Source: Alphaproteobacteria bacterium (GTDB lineage Bacteria > Pseudomonadota > Alphaproteobacteria > Caulobacterales > Aquidulcibacteraceae). From it: a stretch of 64,000 bases of DNA. Position numbers and translations under genes: made by a program. Each line of letters opens with the position of its first letter. Position 1 is the first letter of the stretch. The notes beneath the pieces are model-generated. The model did no database searches and had not been told where the DNA came from. It saw only the letters and a list, made by a program, of their open reading frames with translations. The stretch spans positions 1,646-65,645 of the forward strand of contig JAIYAO010000200.1 of NCBI GenBank assembly GCA_027488965.1, written 5' to 3'. This document shows positions 15,646-23,692 of the stretch, piece by piece.

Positions 15646-16674
15646 ATGGCGTACGGCGCGGGCGGCAGCACTCCGGGACTTCTCACCCCCTCCAGGGCGT
15701 ACAAGCCCTTCCGCTACCCGTGGGCGCACGATTTCTGGAAGCGCCAGCAGCAGATCCACTGGATGCCCGAGGAAGTGCCGCTGGGCGAGGACGTGAAGGA
15801 CTGGGCTTCCAAGCTCAACGACCAGGAGCGCAACCTCCTGACCCAGATCTTCCGGTTCTTCACCCAGGGCGACATCGAGGTGAACGACAACTACATGGAA
15901 CGCTACGCGCGCGTCTTCAAACCCACCGAGGTGAAGATGATGCTGTCGGCGTTCTCCAACATCGAGACGATCCACGTGGCCGCCTACGCGCTGCTGCTGG
16001 AAACCATCGGCATGCCCGAGAGCGAGTTCGCTGCGTTCCTCGACTACGAGGCGATGAAGAACAAGCACGACTACATGGGCCAGTTCGGCGTGGAGACCGA
16101 AGGCGACATCTTGCGCACGGTGGCGATGTTCGGCGGCTTCACCGAAGGCCTGCAGCTGTTTGCGTCGTTCGCGATGCTGATGAACTTCCCGCGCTTCAAC
16201 AAGATGAAGGGCATGGGCCAGATCGTGAGCTGGAGCGTGCGCGATGAGTCGCTGCACTGCGAGGGCATGATCAAACTGTTCCATGCCTTCTCCGCCGAAA
16301 CGGATGCACTGACGAAGGCCGTGAAGGACGACATCATCGGCTGCTGCGAACACGTGGTGAGCCTGGAAGACAAGTTCATCGACCTCGCCTTCGAGATGGG
16401 GCCCGTGCAGGGCATGACGCCGGAGGACATCAAGGCCTACATCCGCTACATCGCCGATTGGCGGCTGGGGCAACTGGGCCTGCCGAAGCTGTATGGCGCG
16501 AAGGATCACCCGATCCCGTGGCTGACGGCGATCCTGAACGGCGTCGAGCACGCGAACTTCTTCGAGGCGCGCGCCACCGAATACTCCAAGGGCGCCACGC
16601 GGGGCGAATGGCACGGCGCCGACGGCGTCTGGGGCGCATTCGACCAAATGATGGAAAAGCGCAAGGCGGTTTGA
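15646..16674 (+). CDS. nrdB: ribonucleoside-diphosphate reductase beta subunit (class Ia-like, tyrosyl-radical type)
   Basis: RBS AAGAGGA. Di-iron/radical motif ETIHVAAY (E-x-x-H-x-x-x-Y) and second ligand set SVRDESLHCEG. Confidence 0.95.
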   Translation: MAYGAGGSTPGLLTPSRAYKPFRYPWAHDFWKRQQQIHWMPEEVPLGEDVKDWASKLNDQERNLLTQIFRFFTQGDIEVNDNYMERYARVFKPTEVKMMLSAFSNIETIHVAAYALLLETIGMPESEFAAFLDYEAMKNKHDYMGQFGVETEGDILRTVAMFGGFTEGLQLFASFAMLMNFPRFNKMKGMGQIVSWSVRDESLHCEGMIKLFHAFSAETDALTKAVKDDIIGCCEHVVSLEDKFIDLAFEMGPVQGMTPEDIKAYIRYIADWRLGQLGLPKLYGAKDHPIPWLTAILNGVEHANFFEARATEYSKGATRGEWHGADGVWGAFDQMMEKRKAV

Positions 16675-16680
16675 GGAACT

Positions 16681-16708
16681 GGAGCGCGGACGACCCCGCC
16701 CGCGCTCC
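16681..16708. terminator. hairpin between convergent nrdB and the phosphatase gene
   Basis: GGAGCGCG-12 nt-CGCGCTCC followed by TT. No long U-tract. Confidence 0.4.
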
Positions 16709-16712
16709 TTGC

Positions 16713-17492
16713 CTATCGCACGAACTTCGCGCGCAGGTCGCGCACCATTTCCGCATCCACGCCCAGCACGTCGGCCATGTACGTCGGTACGTCGGGGTAC
16801 TTCGCGTGGATCGCGGCGAAAGCGGCGGCGAGATAGTCGGCATGCACGCCCAGCATCGGGCGCAGCGCCTCCTCAGACACCGGCTTGCCCGTGCGCGCTT
16901 CCATCCGCTCGCGGATCGCAGGCAGGCGCGCCATGTAGTCGACGGCGGTGTTGGTGAGTTCGTAGTCCGCCACGATGGTGTCGTGATCGACGCCCAGCGC
17001 CGTGAGCGTCAGCGCGCAGATGACGCCCGTGCGATCCTTGCCCGCCGCGCAGTGGACGATGGCGGGGCCGCCCTGCTCGGCCAGGCCATGCAGGAATGCA
17101 CGGAAGAGCGCCACGTACCGCGGCTCATACGGATAGTTGGCGTAAGCGGTGAACATGTAGTCGCGCACGGAGTCGGCACTCAGGTCCGTCTGCGTCAGTA
17201 CGGCGAGGTGCGCAGGAATTTCGCGGTAGCCCTCGTCGTTGGTGTGCACCGGCAGGTTGCCCTCGCCCGGCCAGCGGTTGGGCTGGTCCGAACGCTCCTC
17301 CGGCCGACGCAGATCGACGATGAAGCGCGCGCCGAGGCTTTCGAGCCAAGCGATGTCCTTTTCGGACGCCTCGGCGAAGGAGGCGGTGCGAAACAGCTGG
17401 CCGCGCACCACGTGGCCCTGGGCGGCGGGATAGCCGCCGAAATCGCGAAAGTTGAGCACGCCCTCAAGGGCGGCGACCCGATCCTGCATCAT
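16713..17492 (-). CDS. protein-tyrosine-phosphatase-like protein (Y_phosphatase3-type)
   Basis: CX5R P-loop HCAAGKDRTG. N-terminal LNFRDFGG and FIVDLRRPEE motifs typical of this family. Confidence 0.85.
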   Translation of the reverse strand: MMQDRVAALEGVLNFRDFGGYPAAQGHVVRGQLFRTASFAEASEKDIAWLESLGARFIVDLRRPEERSDQPNRWPGEGNLPVHTNDEGYREIPAHLAVLTQTDLSADSVRDYMFTAYANYPYEPRYVALFRAFLHGLAEQGGPAIVHCAAGKDRTGVICALTLTALGVDHDTIVADYELTNTAVDYMARLPAIRERMEARTGKPVSEEALRPMLGVHADYLAAAFAAIHAKYPDVPTYMADVLGVDAEMVRDLRAKFVR

Positions 17493-17525
17493 GGTCCGGT
17501 TCTAGCACAGGCCAGGCGCGCGCGC

Positions 17526-18209
17526 TCAAGCGACAAACGCGTTCAGATAGGACTGCAAGGCCTTTGTGACGGTTTCGCGATCCGCGCCGGCTGCGGCGAA
17601 CCATGCCGCTGGGGCATCCGCCACGATGGCGCCGACATCCACCGGCGCAGCGGCGTGCGGCGACGGCAGATCGAGGCCCGCCAGGACATGGCGCGCGGGC
17701 AGCGCAAACGAAAACGGCGCACGCGCGCCGAGCGCCCTGTCGAAGTAGAGGCATGCATCATAGTCGATGGCGTGCAGCCGCCCGGCGTCGTCGATGAGCA
17801 CATTGGGGTTGGCCGCCGTGCGATCGACATTCTGCAGGACCCGGTCCGCGAACGCGATCGCGGAGAGCGATGTCGTGTCCCCCGCGAGGACCTCTGCGGC
17901 CGTCGCCGAGCGGGCGTTCGGCACGTACGCGATGCCGAGATTCCGGCCTGCGCTTCGCTGCACCGTGGCGTCGAACTCGTCGGTGCCGATCTGCCAGGGA
18001 AAATCCGTGGGCAGCAGCAGCGGCGTCGGGGCCGGAACAGGCGCGCCAAGGGCGTCCGCGATACGCAGGGCGAGAAACTCGATCAGCAGCCCGCGCGGGC
18101 CCGAGCCCGCGCCAGCGAACTTCAGCACGAAGTCGGCGCCCGACGCCGTCTCCACCAGCGCCGGCGACGTGGAGCCGCGCAGCACCTGGAGGATGCGCGT
18201 CACGATCAC
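17526..18209 (-). CDS. HipA-like kinase family protein
   Basis: GTG 18209 overlaps the amn stop (GTGA). Motifs LRGSTSPALVETASGADFVLKFAGAGSGPRGLLIEFLA..IADALGAPVP, NVDRTAANPNVLI and HAIDYD match the small HipA-like kinase family as I remember it. Confidence 0.6.
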   Translation of the reverse strand: MIVTRILQVLRGSTSPALVETASGADFVLKFAGAGSGPRGLLIEFLALRIADALGAPVPAPTPLLLPTDFPWQIGTDEFDATVQRSAGRNLGIAYVPNARSATAAEVLAGDTTSLSAIAFADRVLQNVDRTAANPNVLIDDAGRLHAIDYDACLYFDRALGARAPFSFALPARHVLAGLDLPSPHAAAPVDVGAIVADAPAAWFAAAGADRETVTKALQSYLNAFVA

Positions 18210-19651
18210 CGGAACGGCGGCTCGTCGAAGCTGCGGAGCTTGCGCGAGTGGAGCGAAGCCTTGTCGCGCTTCAGGATCTCGATGGTCTCGATGCCGATCT
18301 TCAGGTGCTCGCCGATGGCGCGGTCGTAGAACAGGTCCGCAGCGCCGGGCAGCTTGATCTCCCCGTGCAGCGGCTTGTCCGACACGCACAGCAGCACGCC
18401 GTAGGGCACGCGCAGGCGGAAGCCCTGCGTGGCGATGCAGGCGCTTTCCATGTCCACGGCGATGGCGCGCGACTGCGAGAGCACCCGGCGTTCCTTCAGG
18501 TAGCTGAGCTCCCAGTTGCGGTCGGCGTAGCTCACCACCGTACCCGTTCGCAGGCGCCGCTTCAGCGCCTCACCGCTGTCGCCCGACACCGTCTGTGCGG
18601 CGTGGGCGAGCGCGAGCTGGACTTCGGCGATAGCCGGGATGGGAATGTCGAGGGACACATGGTCGTCCAGCACCTTGTCGCGCCGCAGATAGGCGTGGGC
18701 GAGCACGTAGTCCCCGATGCGCTGGGAGTGGCGGAAGCCGCCGCAGTGGCCGATCATCATCCAGCAGTGCGGCCGCAGCACCGCGAGGTGATCGGTGATC
18801 GTCTTCGCGTTCGAGGGGCCCACGCCGATGTTCACGAGGGTGACGCCCTCCCCGTCCTTTTCCAGGAGGTGGTAGGCGGGCATCTGGTACTTGCGCCACG
18901 GCGCCGACAGCGCCGTCTCCACGGGATCGGGGCTGTCGCCCTCCACGGTCACGCCGCCAGGGCAAGAGAGGCGATACTTCTCCGGCTCCGCGACCACCTT
19001 TCCGGCCGCCCAGCGCACGAACTCTTCCACGTAGCGCTGATAATTGGTGAAGAGAATCCACGGCTGGGTGTGGGCCCATGGCGCGCCCGTGTAGTGCTGC
19101 AGCCGCTTCAGCGAATAGTCGATGCGCGGCGCATCGAAGAGCGCCAGCGGGCGGGCGCCGTCGAGCCGCTCCGGCGGATCGCCGTCCACGACGGCATCGC
19201 CCACCAGCGCCAGCTGCGGATAGGGAAAGTGTGCGGTGAGCTGCGCGGGCGTCGCCTTTTCCATGTCCACCGAGCGCGACCCGTCGAGCACGAACGCGTA
19301 CGGAATCTCCGTGTCGCTGACGCCCACCGAGACCGTGGCGCCGTAGTCGTTCACCAGCAGCTGCAACTGCTCCAGCAGGTACGGCCGGAAGAACTTCGGC
19401 TGCGTGATGGAGACCGCGTAGTCCCCCGGCCAGATGAGCTGACCATAGGCGCGCGAAATCTTCGGCGCCGCGCCGCTGGGCGTGTGGCTGACGCGGAGTT
19501 CCGGATAGCGGAAAAGGGCCCGTTCCTCCGGCGAGGGCGCGCCGCCGCCGGACAGATACCTGGCCACCGCATCGGACAGGGCCTTGGTGGCCTCCGCATG
19601 CAGGGCTTCAAGGCGGGTGACGGCTTCGAGGGGCGTAAGGGCAGCGCTCAT
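18206..19651 (-). CDS. amn: AMP nucleosidase
   Basis: 481 aa with an N-terminal regulatory domain and a C-terminal PNP/UDP-phosphorylase-type fold (TLVNIGVGPSNAKTITDHL, AVDMESA). The length and layout are typical of Amn. Confidence 0.88.
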   Translation of the reverse strand: MSAALTPLEAVTRLEALHAEATKALSDAVARYLSGGGAPSPEERALFRYPELRVSHTPSGAAPKISRAYGQLIWPGDYAVSITQPKFFRPYLLEQLQLLVNDYGATVSVGVSDTEIPYAFVLDGSRSVDMEKATPAQLTAHFPYPQLALVGDAVVDGDPPERLDGARPLALFDAPRIDYSLKRLQHYTGAPWAHTQPWILFTNYQRYVEEFVRWAAGKVVAEPEKYRLSCPGGVTVEGDSPDPVETALSAPWRKYQMPAYHLLEKDGEGVTLVNIGVGPSNAKTITDHLAVLRPHCWMMIGHCGGFRHSQRIGDYVLAHAYLRRDKVLDDHVSLDIPIPAIAEVQLALAHAAQTVSGDSGEALKRRLRTGTVVSYADRNWELSYLKERRVLSQSRAIAVDMESACIATQGFRLRVPYGVLLCVSDKPLHGEIKLPGAADLFYDRAIGEHLKIGIETIEILKRDKASLHSRKLRSFDEPPFR

Positions 19652-19712
19652 GCAGCTTGGAAGCGCAAAGCCCCCCGCCCGTCAATGCCCCACGGCACGG
19701 ACGGCGCGCCGC

Positions 19713-20264
19713 CTACTGACGAGTGACCGGATCCGCGACGCGCGGCCGGCGGTATTCCCGCTGGTCCAGATCGAGCGCGATGTTGAGGAACACGCCGATG
19801 GGCGGCGTGTAGCGATAGCTGGTTTCGGTGACAACCACGGACGTGCCGGGGATCATGAGGCCCGCCGGCAGTTCGGGCGCGCTCATGCTGGAGCCTTCGG
19901 CCCGCGGGGCATAGCCGTTGTGTCCCTCGCTCCACAGCACCCGCGCATCCGATGCCCCGATGATCTGGACGCTCGATACGCGTATCTTCAGGGGCGTGGC
20001 GCTGTTGGGATACATGAGCGCCGACGCAGCGGACCACAGGTCGTCCAGCTCCTGGTCGGTTATCTCGGTATCGCGCGACACCACGTCAGCTACCGCCGCG
20101 GCCGTATTCTCCGCGCGGCGGTTGCAGGCCAGGAGCTCCGTGAGCTCGATCGAGCCGAACAGCGTGGTGACCATCATCGGCGCGATGAGGGCGAATTCAA
20201 GCGCCGCCAGCGCGCTGCGATCGCGCGTGAAGCGGGCAAGACGGGTCCGGATGGCTGCGATCAT
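19713..20264 (-). CDS. TadE/TadF-like pilus assembly (pseudopilin-like) protein
   Basis: N-terminal RDRSALAALEFALIAPMMVTTLF TadE signature. Confidence 0.85.
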   Translation of the reverse strand: MIAAIRTRLARFTRDRSALAALEFALIAPMMVTTLFGSIELTELLACNRRAENTAAAVADVVSRDTEITDQELDDLWSAASALMYPNSATPLKIRVSSVQIIGASDARVLWSEGHNGYAPRAEGSSMSAPELPAGLMIPGTSVVVTETSYRYTPPIGVFLNIALDLDQREYRRPRVADPVTRQ

Positions 20265-20276
20265 CGGGGGCTCCGC

Positions 20277-20807
20277 TCAGAACGGTTCGTTGCGAAACAG
20301 CATCGACGACACCACGAGGCGCTTGCCGTCCTGCATGTTGGCGAAGATGGCGCCGAACAGCGGCGTGAGAATTGGCCACTGGTAGTAGGCGCGCACGAGA
20401 ATCACCTCGTCCGGTCCGCCAGGCGTGTAGCCGAGCTGTCCCAGCATCAGCGCGCCGTTCGACACCGGCGCGCCGTTGCCCACGGCCGCGAAGGAATCGT
20501 AGCGGTCTACGTCCAGGTAGAGATAGCCCGTGCAGCCCAGCGACATGATCCGGTTGAGGCTCTCGCACACTTCCTGCTCGAGATCGGCCTTGGTCATGCC
20601 GGCGCCCTGGGCGGCGCCGGTGCGGATCTTGCGGCCGGTTTCGGCCAGCGCATTGTCGAGATTGGTCTGCACCATGGACATGGCGCCGAACTCCGCCATC
20701 CCGAAAATCATCCAGAACAGCGGAATGGAAACGAGGGCGAACTCCACCGCCGCCGCGCCGTCGCGGCGGGCGAACAGACCCTTAAGGCCGCGCATTGGCG
20801 ATGCCAT
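20277..20807 (-). CDS. TadE/TadG-like pilus assembly protein
   Basis: N-terminal RRDGAAAVEFALVSIPLFWMIFG TadE signature. Confidence 0.85.
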   Translation of the reverse strand: MASPMRGLKGLFARRDGAAAVEFALVSIPLFWMIFGMAEFGAMSMVQTNLDNALAETGRKIRTGAAQGAGMTKADLEQEVCESLNRIMSLGCTGYLYLDVDRYDSFAAVGNGAPVSNGALMLGQLGYTPGGPDEVILVRAYYQWPILTPLFGAIFANMQDGKRLVVSSMLFRNEPF

Positions 20808-20903
20808 CTTGCTGCTTCCCCGCGCGCCGGACCGTCCGGCGCAAGGGCAACGACTAGCGCAAAATGGTTTCCGCTTCGGCCAAGGTCAGTGGTTAAGGAA
20901 AAG

Positions 20904-21341
20904 TTACTGGCCGCCTGCCGCGCTCGCGCGCGCCGAAATCTGCTCATTCGTCTGCGAGAAGGATTGCTGGTCGTCCGAAATGTCGGGCCGGCGGCGGCAA
21001 AGCGGGGTGCAGTCGAAGCGCTGCGTGGCGGCGCCGCGCGTGACCATCACCACGTTGCTCTCGTCGGGAATGACGGTGACCCGCGTCTCGAGGATCGGCC
21101 GGCCGTTGCGGCCCACCACGATGAGGTTCGTCGATCCGTAGGAGCGGCCCGTCACGAACAGCAGCCTGTCGTTCTGCACGGAGACGCCCGCGACGCTCGG
21201 ATTGCCGATGACGACGCCGGAGGCCGACGACGGCAGCGTGATCGACCGTGACTGGTCGAGCGCCACCTGGACTTCGCCCGCGAGCGCTTCGCCCGCCAGC
21301 GCCGTCATCGCCAGGGCGAGGACCAGACCACGCATCTTCAT
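20904..21341 (-). CDS. secreted protein with a pilus-formation (CpaC N-terminal/BON-like) domain
   Basis: Start taken at MKMRGLVLALAMTALAGEALA (signal peptide). SRSITLPSSASGVVIGNPSVAGVSV...LLFVTGRSYGSTNLIVV resembles the N-terminal domain of RcpA/CpaC secretins. Confidence 0.7.
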   Translation of the reverse strand: MKMRGLVLALAMTALAGEALAGEVQVALDQSRSITLPSSASGVVIGNPSVAGVSVQNDRLLFVTGRSYGSTNLIVVGRNGRPILETRVTVIPDESNVVMVTRGAATQRFDCTPLCRRRPDISDDQQSFSQTNEQISARASAAGGQ

Positions 21342-21480
21342 AGAAACCTCCATGGCGCCATCGGCGCGCCGCCCCCGAGGTAAGGCCAACAGCCTTTCCG
21401 GAGTGCTAACCGCGGGCGCGCGCGCCCGCCACTATCGTCAAGCTGTCGTTAACCGTAGCGGCGCGAGGATGTTGGATCGC

Positions 21481-21708
21481 ATGACATCGCAAGGGGCCGA
21501 ATACACAATGCACGCACTCGCCAGATCCGTCGTCGCCATGACACGCTCCCGCGCCGGCGGCGCCAGGGTGAGCGTCGAGCAGGGATTGATCGCAGCGCTC
21601 GTGGGCGTCGTCATCGTCTCTGTGGTGACGACATTGTCCGGCACGGCGGGCGCAGGCGCATCGGAAGCGTCGGCGCCGCTGTCCGCGATGCAGCAGGAGG
21701 CGCAGTGA
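21481..21708 (+). CDS. candidate divergent Flp-family prepilin (second copy)
   Basis: RBS GAGGA lies 11 nt before ATG 21481; alternative ATGs at 21508 and 21538. AGGARVSVEQGLIAALVGVVIVSVVTTL parallels DGATAIEYGLIAALIGVVIISAVTAL of the adjacent flp, with Q in place of the conserved Y. Confidence 0.45.
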   Translation: MTSQGAEYTMHALARSVVAMTRSRAGGARVSVEQGLIAALVGVVIVSVVTTLSGTAGAGASEASAPLSAMQQEAQ

Positions 21709-21934
21709 CGCTTTGCCGTCATGACGACAAGAACAGGCCAAGCAGCGCAGCGCGCTTTACAACCTGTCAAAGACGTTATGGTTGCAAACGATTTACTACT
21801 ATTTTTACCAGACAAGCTCTCGTGGCAACGAATACTTAAACACAGGCGGCTATGGTCCGTCGTGTTCGGTGACGGTGTCTCGGTGCGGGATGCGATCGAA
21901 CCTCGCAGCCGCACTCTACAAGGAGCAGAAAGCC

Positions 21935-22111
21935 ATGATGACCAAGTTTCGCAATCTTCTGAAGAACAACGACGGCGCGACGGCCATCGAGTACGGCCTC
22001 ATCGCCGCGCTCATCGGCGTCGTGATCATCTCGGCCGTGACCGCCCTCGGCACCACGATCGAGACGCAGTTCAACAACATCGAGCAAGCGATCGCGGCTC
22101 CCCAGCCGTAA
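21935..22111 (+). CDS. flp: Flp family type IVb pilin
   Basis: RBS AGGAG. MMTKFRNLLKNNDGATAIEYGLIAALIGVVIISAVTALG carries the G/ATAIEY processing motif. 58 aa. Confidence 0.93.
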   Translation: MMTKFRNLLKNNDGATAIEYGLIAALIGVVIISAVTALGTTIETQFNNIEQAIAAPQP

Positions 22112-22136
22112 GCTCTCGCCAGAACGTCTGTTCCCT

Positions 22137-22163
22137 GGACCCGCGCAACGGCGCGGGTCCTTT
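22137..22163 (+). terminator. intrinsic terminator 1 after flp
   Basis: GGACCCGCGC-AACG-GCGCGGGTCC followed by TTT. Confidence 0.65.
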
Positions 22164-22187
22164 GGGGACCTACGCTTCATCCTTCGG

Positions 22188-22215
22188 GGCCCGCCGCCGT
22201 GCGGGCCATTTTTTT
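22188..22215 (+). terminator. intrinsic terminator 2 after flp
   Basis: GGCCCGC-6 nt-GCGGGCC followed by ATTTTTTTG. Confidence 0.75.
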
Positions 22216-22241
22216 GCCCTCTCGCCCGCGCGGATGCCCTC

Positions 22242-22757
22242 ATGCCGACCGAGATGCTGATCGCAGCCGCCTGCTTCGCCGCGTTCGTGGCGTTGGTGCT
22301 GTTTGCGGCCCTGTCCGACATCGCCACGATGACGATCCCGAACTGGGTGTCCATCGCCGCAGCTCTGCTGTTTCCGCTGGCGGCGTGGCTTGCCGGCCTT
22401 TCGGCGCTGCAGATCGGGCTGCACCTTGCCGTAGGCTTGGTGATGTTCTTTGTGGGATTCGGGCTGTTCAGCCTGGGCATCGTGGGCGGCGGCGACGTGA
22501 AGGTGATCGCGGCCGTCAGCATCTGGACGGGCGTGGCCGCCCTCTCCTCCTTCGGCTTTGCGATGACGCTGGCGGGCGGCGTGCTTGCGCTTGTGCTGCT
22601 GCTCGTGCGCCGCGCGGCCAAGCCCAGCGAGACGACGCCGGCCTTCCTCAACCGCCTGCTCAACCCGCAGAAGGGCATCCCCTATGCGGTCGCCATCGCG
22701 GTGGGCGTGGTCGCCTCGCTGCCGCACCAGCCCGTGCTCCGCGCCCTGCTTGCCTGA
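22242..22757 (+). CDS. cpaA: prepilin peptidase (A24 family, TadV/CpaA)
   Basis: Polytopic membrane protein. SDIATMTIPN and GGGDVKV carry the two catalytic Asp motifs. Confidence 0.9.
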   Translation: MPTEMLIAAACFAAFVALVLFAALSDIATMTIPNWVSIAAALLFPLAAWLAGLSALQIGLHLAVGLVMFFVGFGLFSLGIVGGGDVKVIAAVSIWTGVAALSSFGFAMTLAGGVLALVLLLVRRAAKPSETTPAFLNRLLNPQKGIPYAVAIAVGVVASLPHQPVLRALLA

Positions 22758-22843
22758 GCGGGCAGCGTTAACTTCGCTTTAGCCACGTTCGTGATGTGGT
22801 GCCCTTCTCAGGGGTCAAACCCACATCATCTGGGACGTCATTC

Positions 22844-23692
22844 ATGTCCGTGCGCCAACTGATTGTTCTGGGCGTGGCGTTGCTCGCTGCGGTCGGCGCC
22901 TTGTTCATGGTGCGGGGCCTTGCCGGCCGCGCGCCCGTCGAAGTCGCCACGACCACCGTCGCCGAGACCGGCCCGCGCGTGCTCGTGGCGGCGCGCGACG
23001 TGCCCGCGGGCCAGGCGCTGCAGCCGTCCGATCTCGAATGGCGCATCTGGGCTGCGACCGCGATGAGCCCGAGCTTCATCCAGGAGACGAAGGATCCCAA
23101 GGCGGTGGAGAGCTACACCGGCGCAGTGCCCCGCCAGGCGCTGGTGGCCGGCGAGCCCGTGATGGCGACCCGCGTGGTGCAGCCGGGCGCACAGGGGTTC
23201 ATGGCGGCATTGGTGCAGCCTGGCCTGCGCGCCGTCGCCATCTCCATCTCCGCGGAAAGCGCCGTGGCGGGCTTCATCCTGCCGAACGACCGGGTCGATG
23301 TGCTGCTGACGCGCAAGGTGCAGGTAAGCGGGACCGAAGGCGGCGCTTCCGAACAGGCGCGCAGCGACATCATCTTGCAGAACGTGCGCGTGCTGGCCAT
23401 CGAGGACACCTTCCGCGCGCCGGAGGGCGACTCCGCCGACGATGCCTTGCGCGGCGACACGGCCACCCTCGAGCTTTCCCCGCGCGACGCCGAGACGCTC
23501 GCGCTCGCTGAAGAGCTGGGCGATATCTCGCTTGTGCTGCGCGGCGTGGAGAACGAGGCCGCCCGCGGCGCACCATCGGCGGCGCGGCGCGGGGCCAACG
23601 TGCTGTCCCAGGGCGACAGCGGCGACGAAATTCGCGTCCATGCCTTCGGATCCGTGAAGTCCCAGTCGGTCTCGAAGGCCGGAGTGAACTGA
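22844..23692 (+). CDS. cpaB: Flp pilus assembly protein CpaB/RcpC
   Basis: N-terminal anchor plus SAF-like VLVAARDVPAGQAL segment and conserved core. Its stop overlaps the cpaC start by 1 nt. Confidence 0.9.
   Translation: MSVRQLIVLGVALLAAVGALFMVRGLAGRAPVEVATTTVAETGPRVLVAARDVPAGQALQPSDLEWRIWAATAMSPSFIQETKDPKAVESYTGAVPRQALVAGEPVMATRVVQPGAQGFMAALVQPGLRAVAISISAESAVAGFILPNDRVDVLLTRKVQVSGTEGGASEQARSDIILQNVRVLAIEDTFRAPEGDSADDALRGDTATLELSPRDAETLALAEELGDISLVLRGVENEAARGAPSAARRGANVLSQGDSGDEIRVHAFGSVKSQSVSKAGVN

Noticed and set aside
18206-19651. amn as a defence-type ATP/AMP nucleosidase effector
   Set aside because: It is full-length housekeeping-type Amn with its N-terminal regulatory domain, in a normal-GC context. 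Only its coupling to the kinase is flagged.
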